DNA of 32,000 nucleotides, taken from positions 3,510,001 to 3,542,000 of the forward strand of contig NC_020304.1 in the NCBI RefSeq assembly GCF_000341395.1, given 5' to 3'. Positions 1 through 7,602 of this stretch are shown piece after piece. How positions within the stretch are numbered: the first letter of the stretch is position 1; every line of letters starts with the position of its first letter. Position numbers and translations under genes: made by a program. Source of the stretch: Desulfocapsa sulfexigens DSM 10523. GTDB taxonomy: Bacteria; Desulfobacterota; Desulfobulbia; Desulfobulbales; Desulfocapsaceae. The notes beneath the pieces are model-generated. The model ran no database searches. It saw only the letters and a program-made list of their open reading frames with translations, and was not told where the DNA came from.

Positions 1-1320
1 AGCTGCAGTACCAATCCTGAGCCACATGATGTTTCGCTGGCCCATATGCATAATACCCTGGATGTAGTTCATCAGATGATGAAACTGACGTTCAAGGATA
101 GGTTCAAAATCAGACTGCATTTCACGGCCTGCGACCTCTACAAGAATACCAAGTGGGACATTTTGACCACGTTCCAGATCGGAAATGTCCAATCCTTCAA
201 GTGTCACTAATCCATCTTCGATCTCATCCATTTCTTTAGAGATAAGAACTTCAACACCTGGAGTTCGACCACCACCACACTCCATAAAGAGATCGTCCTT
301 TCGAACACGCTCACCCTCAAAAGCGGGGCCAAAGGACATCGGGATATCGATTTTAGTTACGTTGACCTTCAGTCCACGAACCTCAATTGCTTTTTGAACA
401 ATTTCTTCATGGGGGACGTTCGACACAACATGCTCGTAGGTACAGACACCAGTGGGCAGAATCTGAGGAATATCATAATCAGAAATGGTTGGAAAACCCC
501 AGTTAATAGCACCAGCAGCATTTGCATACCACTCATCACTGACTTCACCAAAGGCCATGACAAAGGCAAAGGTTCGGTCTTTGTTATATTTCAGGTTCCC
601 GGCATAGTCGCCTGGTTTGACCCCACCAAAGGCAAGGGCAACACGACAGGCAAAACCTATGGCAAAAACGGCGGTGGTATATTCACGACCAAATGGAACA
701 AGACGGGTTCCCCAGCCAACCTGCTGTTTTTGTTTAAGCAGTTGATCGGGAAGACTTATCCCCTCGGTCTGGTCATGCATAAAGATGTACAGATTCTTCT
801 CCTGAAGTTCTATCGCAATCTTTGCAGCCATTTCAGGATCTTTAGGAGTTCCAAGAATAGCAGCAAAACCAGGGGCTGAGCCATCGACAAATTCAACACC
901 ACGTTTACGAAAAATTACGTCATCTGCGGCACCAAGCCAGAAGTTATCTGCGGTGGGATCTTCGGTTGCGGTATAGAGGCCAGGTTCATTGAGATACCTG
1001 ATAGCTTCGTACATCTCTTCTGCAAAGAATGTTGCCATACCGGCATCAAGTGCCGGAGCAAGATAGGGAAGCCAGATATCACCTGTTACAACAGGAGGCA
1101 TAAGCTTTCGACACTCCAGAAATATATCTTTCATGTCGCCAAGCTTCTCAACCTTGGCTCCAAGCATACTGTAAATAATTGGCAGAAAATAGGCGGTATT
1201 CGGAAATGACACTTCTTTGTCTTCACCATACTTCTTAACCGCATCTTCATAGCTGCTCTCGGCCATATCTATGATTTTTTGTGCACCGCGGATGGCAGCT
1301 GAACAAATTATTTTGGACAT
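1..1320 (-). CDS. acsB: CO-methylating acetyl-CoA synthase (ACS beta/alpha-type subunit, AcsB), N-terminal ~440 aa, continues past the window start
   Basis: The reverse strand reads MSKIICSAAIRGAQKIIDMAESSYEDAVKKYGEDKEVSFPNTAYFLPIIYSMLGAKVEKLGDMKDIF... and ...FGPAFEGERVRKDDLFMECGGGRTPGVEVL...PLGILVEVAGREMQSDFEPILERQFHHLINYIQGIMHMGQRNIMWLRIGTAA. These resemble bacterial AcsB motifs, including the N-terminal domain. AGGAG lies 8 nt upstream of the ATG at 1320. The ORF is open to the window edge, so it is absent from the supplied track. Confidence 0.93.
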   Translation of the reverse strand, partial: MSKIICSAAIRGAQKIIDMAESSYEDAVKKYGEDKEVSFPNTAYFLPIIYSMLGAKVEKLGDMKDIFLECRKLMPPVVTGDIWLPYLAPALDAGMATFFAEEMYEAIRYLNEPGLYTATEDPTADNFWLGAADDVIFRKRGVEFVDGSAPGFAAILGTPKDPEMAAKIAIELQEKNLYIFMHDQTEGISLPDQLLKQKQQVGWGTRLVPFGREYTTAVFAIGFACRVALAFGGVKPGDYAGNLKYNKDRTFAFVMAFGEVSDEWYANAAGAINWGFPTISDYDIPQILPTGVCTYEHVVSNVPHEEIVQKAIEVRGLKVNVTKIDIPMSFGPAFEGERVRKDDLFMECGGGRTPGVEVLISKEMDEIEDGLVTLEGLDISDLERGQNVPLGILVEVAGREMQSDFEPILERQFHHLMNYIQGIMHMGQRNIMWLRIGTAA

Positions 1321-1331
1321 ATCTTAAACTC

Positions 1332-1358
1332 CTGTAATAGCTGTAATAGCAGTAATAA
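1332..1358. repeat. 9-bp tandem repeat (CTATTACAG on the mRNA strand), two perfect copies plus one degenerate copy, abutting the acsB Shine-Dalgarno
   Basis: + strand ctgtaatag ctgtaatag cagtaataa at 1332-1358. On the minus strand this reads TTATTACTG CTATTACAG CTATTACAG GAG...ATG. Confidence 0.7.
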
Positions 1359-1392
1359 GCTTTGACTTCTACGTTTCAGTTCAAAGTTCCAA

Positions 1393-4077
1393 TCAGTCCA
1401 TAAGACCGGCAACCATTGCGTTAGTGAGTGCTATGGCTTTGGGATGACGCATGATCATAACTTCTCCACCTGCCATAAGCATGCAGCTGGCTGTAAGTGC
1501 TTCCATCATTATTCCTCGAGTCTCCTGATCACCAATCATATCATCGCTAGGAAGTTTCGTTTCCTTTGCCTTCCAGACTTCACAGCCAAGGTTACAGATG
1601 ATGGGTACCTGAAGCTTTGCATCCTGCTGGGTAAGAGCAGCAATACGAATACGCTCCATTACAGAGTAGGTGTACTCTATACCATAGCCAAGCGCTCCAA
1701 TGGAAGGATCCATCAGGACAGTATCAAGAGAAACACCAAGATTTTCAAGAAGAATGTTTAACTGTTTAGCTAGGTTAACATCAATTGGGGAGGCAGCTAC
1801 AATCGGATGCTGGAATGCCATGGCAGTTGCTCCGATAGTTCTGTAGTTGGAATCCTCAAGGGGCGCAAGACATACTTTTTTATCTCCTATGACGGAGGTA
1901 ATATCTCGCAGAGTTTCGGTATCTTTATCGGAATTACCACATCCCCAGACGATTACTGGGACATCAACTGCAGCAATTACAGCTGCTGCAGTTTTAGCAG
2001 CATCTGCAGCTGAACGATTCATACCATTTGGATCAGTGGAACCGAGGGTAACGGCGATTGCTTCAGCACCATAAACTTTGACACATTTTTCTGCCCAGGC
2101 GACTGGATTGTCAAATACATCGCTAAAGTGCCTGCTAAGCGTCTCTGGCCACTCATCGGGCTTCACATCTGAAACCTCCATGGCAATTAACGGTTTGTTG
2201 GGATGGTCACCTTCAAAGAGATGGAATGGCATAGATGAGGAGCCACCAACAATTTTCTCATTACCTTCATTGCCCAATTTTACAGAACGTAGCTCACCTG
2301 AATATTTGGTTTCGTAATTTGCAGGAGCAACTTTAGTGGAACGGTCTGCAAGCGACACGGTCTCTTTAGCAAGCTCGCCAACACCACTGTCTGCGACCGG
2401 GGCTGGAGCAGCCTGTACATTTGCTTTTGCTTCGGCTTCAGCCTTAACCTTGGCTTCTGCTGCAGCTTTTTCCTCTGCAGCAGCTTTGGCTTTAGCCTCA
2501 TCTGCGGCCTTTGCATCAGCAGCAGCCTTTGCATCTGCTGCTGCTTTTTCCTGTGCCTCGGCTTTCAATTTTGCAGCTGCGGCAGCTTTTAATTTTGCTT
2601 CTTCATCGGCCTTGGCCTCCGCATCCGCCTTTGCTTTGGCGGCCGCTTCAGCTTTTGCCTTTTCTGCAGAATCATCTATTACTGGTGCGGCGGGAGCTGC
2701 TGGAGCAGCAGGCGCTTGTGGAGCAGCGGCTGCTACTGGTGCAACAGGTGCGCTACTCACAACCTCTGGCTCTTTCTTCAAAATAGCATGGGCACCTGCA
2801 AAACTCGACAGTGCCTCAAACTGATCATCAGTTAATCCATAGGCCTTTTTCAATGCGGCCAGGCCAAGATTTACAGAATCAAGGGCCATGATCCGTTCTT
2901 TTTCATTCATTTCATGCTCTCCTGAATCATCAACGCCCTGTGGCGCTTCAGTGGTTATACTGGTGGTTGCAGTGGCAACTGAGCTGACAGCTGCAGCTTT
3001 CTGCTTAAGATTTTCTGCTTCTGCTTTAGCTGCTGCAATAATTGCTGCTGCCTCAGCTTTTGCTTTTTCAAGTAAGGTATCGGTATCAACAGATTGAACT
3101 GTAATCTGTTCCTTAACTTCATCTGTTGCTATCGGCTTAACTGCAGCATCGGTTTCTGTGATACCTGGCCGTGGAAGAAGACCTGCTCTTTTGAGTATTT
3201 CAGGAACTGCGCTCTCCCACTCAATAGCCATGCAGTGAATACCAGCAACACCCTCAATATCCTTCACTTCATTGATTATGTCAGCGCAAATCTGGATACC
3301 TTCGTCCTGCATGTCTTTGGCATCTTTCATCCGTTGAATAACTTCATCGGTGACATCCATGCCGGGAACGAATTTTTTCATGTAACGCGCCATCCCTAAA
3401 GACTTTGGCGGAGTTACACCGGCAAGAATATAGCATTTTTCATGGAGGCCAAGATCCCGAACCATTTTCATGAATTCGCGAAATTTTTCTACATTATATA
3501 TTATCTGAGTCTGAATAAAATCAGCTCCGGCAGCAACTTTTTTCCCCAGACGTACAGCACGATATTCAAAAGGATATGCAAATGGATTTGCAGCAGCTCC
3601 AAGAAAGAGTTTTGGTTCATTACTCTTAATTTCTTCGCCACATTGAAATATCTTATCATCACGCATTCCCTTCATCATTCCAAGCATCTGGATAGAGTCC
3701 ATATCAAAGACCCCTTTTGATCCCGGGTGGTTACCAAATTTTTGATGGTCACCAGTGAGGCAGAGAAGATTTTTCAGACCAAGAGCTGAGGCACCCAGAA
3801 TATCGGACTGCATGCCGATCCTGTTACGATCACGACAGGTCATCTGAATAACGGGTTCAAGCCCTTCTTCTTTTGCGATAAGTCCAGCGGCAATGGATGA
3901 CATACGAACTATCGCAGTCTGACAGTCGGTAATATTGACTGCGTCCACATTGCCTTTCAGTAGTTGCGCCTTTTCACGCACCACTTCAGGATTTCCATTT
4001 TTGGGAGGACCAAGTTCACCGGTTACGACGAATGTCCCCTCTTTTAAAAGTGTTTCTAGTTTACTGCCCGACTTCAT
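1393..4077 (-). CDS. Fusion protein: N-terminal methylenetetrahydrofolate reductase (MetF-like) domain, long low-complexity linker, C-terminal acetyl-CoA decarbonylase/synthase delta / corrinoid iron-sulfur protein small subunit (AcsD/CdhD)
   Basis: 894-aa ORF. The N-terminus (EGTFVVTGELGPPKNGNPE...AVNITDCQTAIVRMSS...IQMTCRDRNRIGMQSDILGASALGLKNLLCLTGDH) is MetF-like. The C-terminus (SGELRSVKLGNEGNEKIVGGSSSMPFHLFEGDHPNKPLIAMEVSD...DPSIGALGYGIEYTYSVMERIRIAAL...MIGDQETRGIMMEALTASCMLMAGGEVMIMRHPKAIALTNAM) is AcsD/CdhD-like. Confidence 0.9.
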   Translation of the reverse strand: MKSGSKLETLLKEGTFVVTGELGPPKNGNPEVVREKAQLLKGNVDAVNITDCQTAIVRMSSIAAGLIAKEEGLEPVIQMTCRDRNRIGMQSDILGASALGLKNLLCLTGDHQKFGNHPGSKGVFDMDSIQMLGMMKGMRDDKIFQCGEEIKSNEPKLFLGAAANPFAYPFEYRAVRLGKKVAAGADFIQTQIIYNVEKFREFMKMVRDLGLHEKCYILAGVTPPKSLGMARYMKKFVPGMDVTDEVIQRMKDAKDMQDEGIQICADIINEVKDIEGVAGIHCMAIEWESAVPEILKRAGLLPRPGITETDAAVKPIATDEVKEQITVQSVDTDTLLEKAKAEAAAIIAAAKAEAENLKQKAAAVSSVATATTSITTEAPQGVDDSGEHEMNEKERIMALDSVNLGLAALKKAYGLTDDQFEALSSFAGAHAILKKEPEVVSSAPVAPVAAAAPQAPAAPAAPAAPVIDDSAEKAKAEAAAKAKADAEAKADEEAKLKAAAAAKLKAEAQEKAAADAKAAADAKAADEAKAKAAAEEKAAAEAKVKAEAEAKANVQAAPAPVADSGVGELAKETVSLADRSTKVAPANYETKYSGELRSVKLGNEGNEKIVGGSSSMPFHLFEGDHPNKPLIAMEVSDVKPDEWPETLSRHFSDVFDNPVAWAEKCVKVYGAEAIAVTLGSTDPNGMNRSAADAAKTAAAVIAAVDVPVIVWGCGNSDKDTETLRDITSVIGDKKVCLAPLEDSNYRTIGATAMAFQHPIVAASPIDVNLAKQLNILLENLGVSLDTVLMDPSIGALGYGIEYTYSVMERIRIAALTQQDAKLQVPIICNLGCEVWKAKETKLPSDDMIGDQETRGIMMEALTASCMLMAGGEVMIMRHPKAIALTNAMVAGLMD
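2316..3165 (-). other. Low-complexity inter-domain linker region of the MetF-AcsD fusion (approximate limits), with Ala/Lys/Glu-rich helix-like and Ala/Pro-rich segments flanking a ~50-aa non-low-complexity island
   Basis: Translated sequence includes LLEKAKAEAAAIIAAAKAEAENLKQKAAA, then MNEKERIMALDSVNLGLAALKKAYGLTDDQFEALSSFAGAHAILKK, then APVAPVAAAAPQAPAAPAAPAAPV and AEKAKAEAAAKAKADAEAKADEEAKLKAAAAAKLKAEAQEKAAADAKAAADAKA... Confidence 0.85.
2908..2922 (-). promoter_or_regulatory. Possible internal ribosome-binding site plus in-frame ATG inside the metF-acsD ORF
   Basis: The minus strand reads CAGGAGAGCATGAAATGAATGAAAAAGAACGG. AGGAG (2922-2918) lies 8 nt before an in-frame ATG (2910-2908) that would start MNEKERIMALDSVNLG... 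Confidence 0.35.
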
Positions 4078-4173
4078 CGGCTAGACTCCTTCTGCCAAAA
4101 CCTATCTTTTTAATAGCACCTGACTGAACAGCCGCTACACATTTTCAAAAGTAGAATTTCTATTAAAAACTTG

Positions 4174-6171
4174 TCATTTATGCCCGCAACCCAAACCTGG
4201 AATTCCCTGGCCAGTAGCACCGACATCAAGATCACGACGCATCTCCATGTCAAAGAGTACTCTGTCCTTCTTCTTATTGATCCCAAGGGCTTCACGTTTC
4301 CCGTCAATGGCCTTGATCATTTTCTGAGCAAGCTTGATCGGATCTTCTTCATAATCCCAGCAGGCACCATACTCTTCCTTCATACCATTGGTAATGAACT
4401 CGTTCATTTCCTTTGATCCGGTTACCGGAAGGTTCTGGAATATTACATGGGCACCGGAGGTAACAAAGTACTGACCGATGGCCACAGCCTTTTCACTCAT
4501 CCACAGAGGCGCTGTACCACAGGCTGGAAGTTCGGATATGTCTTCACCAAGCCCACCCTCTTTAACCATAGCGGTGAGGGCAATAAGGAGACGACTGTTA
4601 TCAACACAGGAACCGACATGCAGAACAGGTGGCATACCAACAGTCTCACAGACCTCAGCAAGACTTTCTCCACAATATTCGGCAGCTGCTTCTGGTCTCA
4701 TCAGCCCCATACGACCAAGTGCCTGAGCGGCACAACCGGTGGCAAGGACAAGGACGTTATTTTTAAGCAGTTCAACAGCAATCTTAAAATGGACATCATC
4801 ACTGTATTTATAATGTTCACAACCAACCAGAGCGCCAAGTCCTTTAATTCGACCATTAATGATATTGTCATTGAGCGGACGATAGCTCTTACGAAAACGG
4901 CCACCAAGCATATAGTTGATGGTCTCATGGCTGAATCCGACAACAACATCGAGTTTGTTATCTTTAGGAATATAGTAGTCACCACGTTTCTTGAAATTAT
5001 TAATAGCATGGGTGAGGATTGCCTTGGCAGAGCCAAGAGGATCATCTTCCTCAAACTGCATATGGATAGCATCAGGCATCTTCGCCCGATAGTTTGTAGT
5101 AATAATATCAGTATGTTTACCTTTTACCACCTGGGCGACTGACTGCATGACACACTGGACATCAACAACCATAGCTTCCACTGCACCGGTGGCCAGTACC
5201 ATCTCCTGCTGGATAAATGATCCAGCAACTGGAATTCCTCGACGCATAAGAATTTCGTTACCAGTACAGCAGACACCGGCAAGATTAATCCCTTTAGCAC
5301 CTACTTTTTTAGCAAGAGCAAGAATCTCGGGATCCTCGGCTGCCATACAGAGGGACTCAGCCAAAAGTGGCTCATGCCCATGAACGGTAACGTTCACCTG
5401 ATCTTCCTTCAGGACGCCAAGGTCAATAAGGGCACGCCTTGGAACCGGTGTACCAAACATTATATCAGTCAGCTCGGTGGAGAGCATGGAAGCCCCCCAG
5501 CCATCTGCAAGTGAGCAGCGTGCTGCCTGTTTCATGATGTTCTTGTATTCCTGATCAACACCCATATGGGTACGATGCATGGTTTCAACAACCTCACGAT
5601 CAATACCTCTTGGTTCCACACCCTTCGCTTTCCATATTTCCTGCTGTTTCTTGGGAGCACGTTTGAGCATGGTAAGAGTCCCCTGCTGCTGGCCAAATTC
5701 CGCCAGCGCCTTTTCACCAAGCTCAAGAGCGATTTCATTCTTATCACGTCCCTCAATCTCAATCCCGAAGGTTTCGGCCATGGCATGAAGCTTCTCAACA
5801 TCCTTGATTTCATGGGGAGTTTTACCCTTTGCTGTCTCGATAAACCCCATGACCATCTCACGGGCATGGTCTGTATGAGCTGCAGTTCCGGCAGCGACAA
5901 TACGGGCAAAATTTCGAGCAACTACGGTTGCGGCAGTGGCTCCACAGATGCCAATCATCTGCTCGACACCATCAATAATCTGACAGGGCCCCATGTTACA
6001 GATACGGCAGCAGGTACCACCTGAACCAAAGAGACAGGCCGAAACCCCACGGTCTTCTATACGATCGTAGGCAGTTCTTACCTGTTTCGCCAAATCCTGA
6101 TTAAGCAGGTCTTTGGTTGAAGCGCCTGTTATATCATTACAGGATGTGCATCCACCTTTACTCTTGCTCAT
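4174..6171 (-). CDS. acsA: Anaerobic carbon monoxide dehydrogenase, catalytic (CooS/AcsA) subunit
   Basis: 665-aa ORF with Cys-rich N-terminus (GGTCCRICNMGPCQI...GICGATAATVVARNFAR), HGHEPLLAE, GVCCTGNEILMRRGIPVAG, LVGCEHYKYSDD and VLHVGSCVDNSR. The adjacent acsB/acsD genes support it as the ACS-linked CODH. Confidence 0.96.
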   Translation of the reverse strand: MSKSKGGCTSCNDITGASTKDLLNQDLAKQVRTAYDRIEDRGVSACLFGSGGTCCRICNMGPCQIIDGVEQMIGICGATAATVVARNFARIVAAGTAAHTDHAREMVMGFIETAKGKTPHEIKDVEKLHAMAETFGIEIEGRDKNEIALELGEKALAEFGQQQGTLTMLKRAPKKQQEIWKAKGVEPRGIDREVVETMHRTHMGVDQEYKNIMKQAARCSLADGWGASMLSTELTDIMFGTPVPRRALIDLGVLKEDQVNVTVHGHEPLLAESLCMAAEDPEILALAKKVGAKGINLAGVCCTGNEILMRRGIPVAGSFIQQEMVLATGAVEAMVVDVQCVMQSVAQVVKGKHTDIITTNYRAKMPDAIHMQFEEDDPLGSAKAILTHAINNFKKRGDYYIPKDNKLDVVVGFSHETINYMLGGRFRKSYRPLNDNIINGRIKGLGALVGCEHYKYSDDVHFKIAVELLKNNVLVLATGCAAQALGRMGLMRPEAAAEYCGESLAEVCETVGMPPVLHVGSCVDNSRLLIALTAMVKEGGLGEDISELPACGTAPLWMSEKAVAIGQYFVTSGAHVIFQNLPVTGSKEMNEFITNGMKEEYGACWDYEEDPIKLAQKMIKAIDGKREALGINKKKDRVLFDMEMRRDLDVGATGQGIPGLGCGHK

Positions 6172-6215
6172 AATGTTCCTCCGGAAATATATGCGTAGTT
6201 CTTTATATCTTTCTA

Positions 6216-7103
6216 TTAGATGAGGTTAGCTGCCATTTTAGCAGCCTGTACAGTATTTTTCATCAGCATGGTGATGGTCATTGGGCCTACGCCACCTGGC
6301 ACAGGAGTGATACAGGATGCAACTTCCTTGACTGCGTCAAAATCAACATCCCCGGCAAGTATTGCCTTTCCATTGCTCGCCTTCCCTATACGGTTAACAC
6401 CGACATCAATAATTGCAGCACCTTCCTTGACCATATCTGCTGTGACCATTTTCGGCACACCAACAGCAGCAATTATGATGTCAGCACGTTTACAATGGGC
6501 GGCCATGTCTTTTGTTCTTGTGTGACAGAGGGTCACCGTGGCATTTCCGCCATCACGCTTTTGAAGCATGAGGTTGGCAATGGGTTTTCCGACAATATTA
6601 GATCGTCCGATCACCACAACCTCTGCACCACTGGTCTCGACACCGCTTCTTGTGAGAAGCTCAAGGATCCCATGGGGTGTGCAGGGGAGAAAACACTGCT
6701 CCCCAAGCACCATCTTTCCAACATTGACCGGATGAAAACCATCCACATCTTTATCCGGATTAATGGCGTAGAGCACATTTGCCTCATTAATGTGCTTTGG
6801 CAGGGGCAACTGTACAAGGATACCATTGATCTTCGAATCCTTGTTATATTTATCAACGAGTTTGAGGAGATCTTCTTCACTGGTCTCAGGATCAAGTGTC
6901 ACCTGCTCCGAATGAATACCAAGAGCGTGGGCGGTCTTATTTTTTGCAGCAACATAGGATTGAGAGGCTGGGTCCTCTCCAACAAGAATAGTTACAAGCC
7001 CTGGAACAACATTATGTTTTTCTTTCAGCTCCGCAACTTCTCTGGTTAACTCCTCACGAATTGCCTTCGCTGTTTCAGTACCGCTAATAAGCTTTGCCGT
7101 CAT
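6216..7103 (-). CDS. folD: Bifunctional methylenetetrahydrofolate dehydrogenase / methenyltetrahydrofolate cyclohydrolase
   Basis: 295 aa with VTILVGEDPASQSYVAAKNKTAHALGI, GILVQLPLPKHI, DKDVDGFHPVNVGKM, PCTPHG, VVIGRSNIVGKP and DVGVNR...GDVDF...TPVPGGVGPMTITMLMKNTV, all FolD signatures. Confidence 0.97.
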   Translation of the reverse strand: MTAKLISGTETAKAIREELTREVAELKEKHNVVPGLVTILVGEDPASQSYVAAKNKTAHALGIHSEQVTLDPETSEEDLLKLVDKYNKDSKINGILVQLPLPKHINEANVLYAINPDKDVDGFHPVNVGKMVLGEQCFLPCTPHGILELLTRSGVETSGAEVVVIGRSNIVGKPIANLMLQKRDGGNATVTLCHTRTKDMAAHCKRADIIIAAVGVPKMVTADMVKEGAAIIDVGVNRIGKASNGKAILAGDVDFDAVKEVASCITPVPGGVGPMTITMLMKNTVQAAKMAANLI

Positions 7104-7554
7104 TTACTTTTCCTCAATTATTTCCGACGAGCGTTATCATATTCTAACAATATCGCAACGTCATTTAGTTAGCTGTGGGGGACAAACTGCTCTCAAATAC
7201 AACAAATGCCACAAATACCACAGAGCAGATCTGAGCAGATGTTTAACAAAAAAACCCTTTATCAACACGACTATCAGGTTAATGAAAAAGCTAAATTAAT
7301 TGATTTGTCAATTTTTTTCAATATGCATATCAATATATTTTAACATTCATCAACTTTTTTTGATTTACTGTTCAGAAAAATCGATATAGGGTCTGCCAGC
7401 CATGCATAATTAACCATCTATGTTACTAATAATAAGTGATAATACGAATATGAAATGGATACAGGTTCAAGATGTTTGACTAACGAGGATGGCTACAAAA
7501 GGAATTTTATCTTCAAGGAGACACAAAAATGGAAAATATACGACAGTTGACAAA

Positions 7555-7588
7555 TCAGGTTCCGGTTCACTGAACTCCCGGAACCTGA
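7555..7588 (-). terminator. Perfect 11-bp inverted repeat just downstream of maeA, candidate intrinsic terminator or 3' stabiliser
   Basis: TCAGGTTCCGG (7555-7565) / 12-nt loop / CCGGAACCTGA (7578-7588), 14 nt beyond the maeA stop. In the minus-strand direction it is followed by TTTGTC, which is only a short U-tract. Confidence 0.5.
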
Positions 7589-7602
7589 CATGCGTATCAA
7601 CT

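Noticed and set aside
394-879. 161-aa + strand ORF
   Set aside because: It lies fully antisense to acsB, whose minus frame matches a well-known enzyme. It has no recognisable features.
2430-2690. Repetitive gcagcagcctttgcatctgctgc-type DNA that could look like a tandem-repeat or CRISPR-like locus
   Set aside because: The periodicity follows degenerate Ala/Lys/Asp codons in the linker. It has no constant repeat/spacer structure and lies inside an open coding frame.
2336-2824. 162-aa + strand ORF and the 2511..2786 / 2280..2534 ORFs
   Set aside because: These are Ser/Ala- or Leu/Gln-rich mirror and alternate frames of the low-complexity linker of the MetF-AcsD fusion. They are compositional artefacts, not genes.
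4447-5142. 231-aa + strand ORF opposite the CODH gene
   Set aside because: The opposite strand encodes a clear CooS/AcsA with all metal-ligand motifs. The antisense ORF has no domain signature.
5532-6024. Overlapping 129-aa (-) and 152-aa (+) ORFs in the CODH gene
   Set aside because: Out-of-frame or antisense shadows of the 665-aa CODH ORF.
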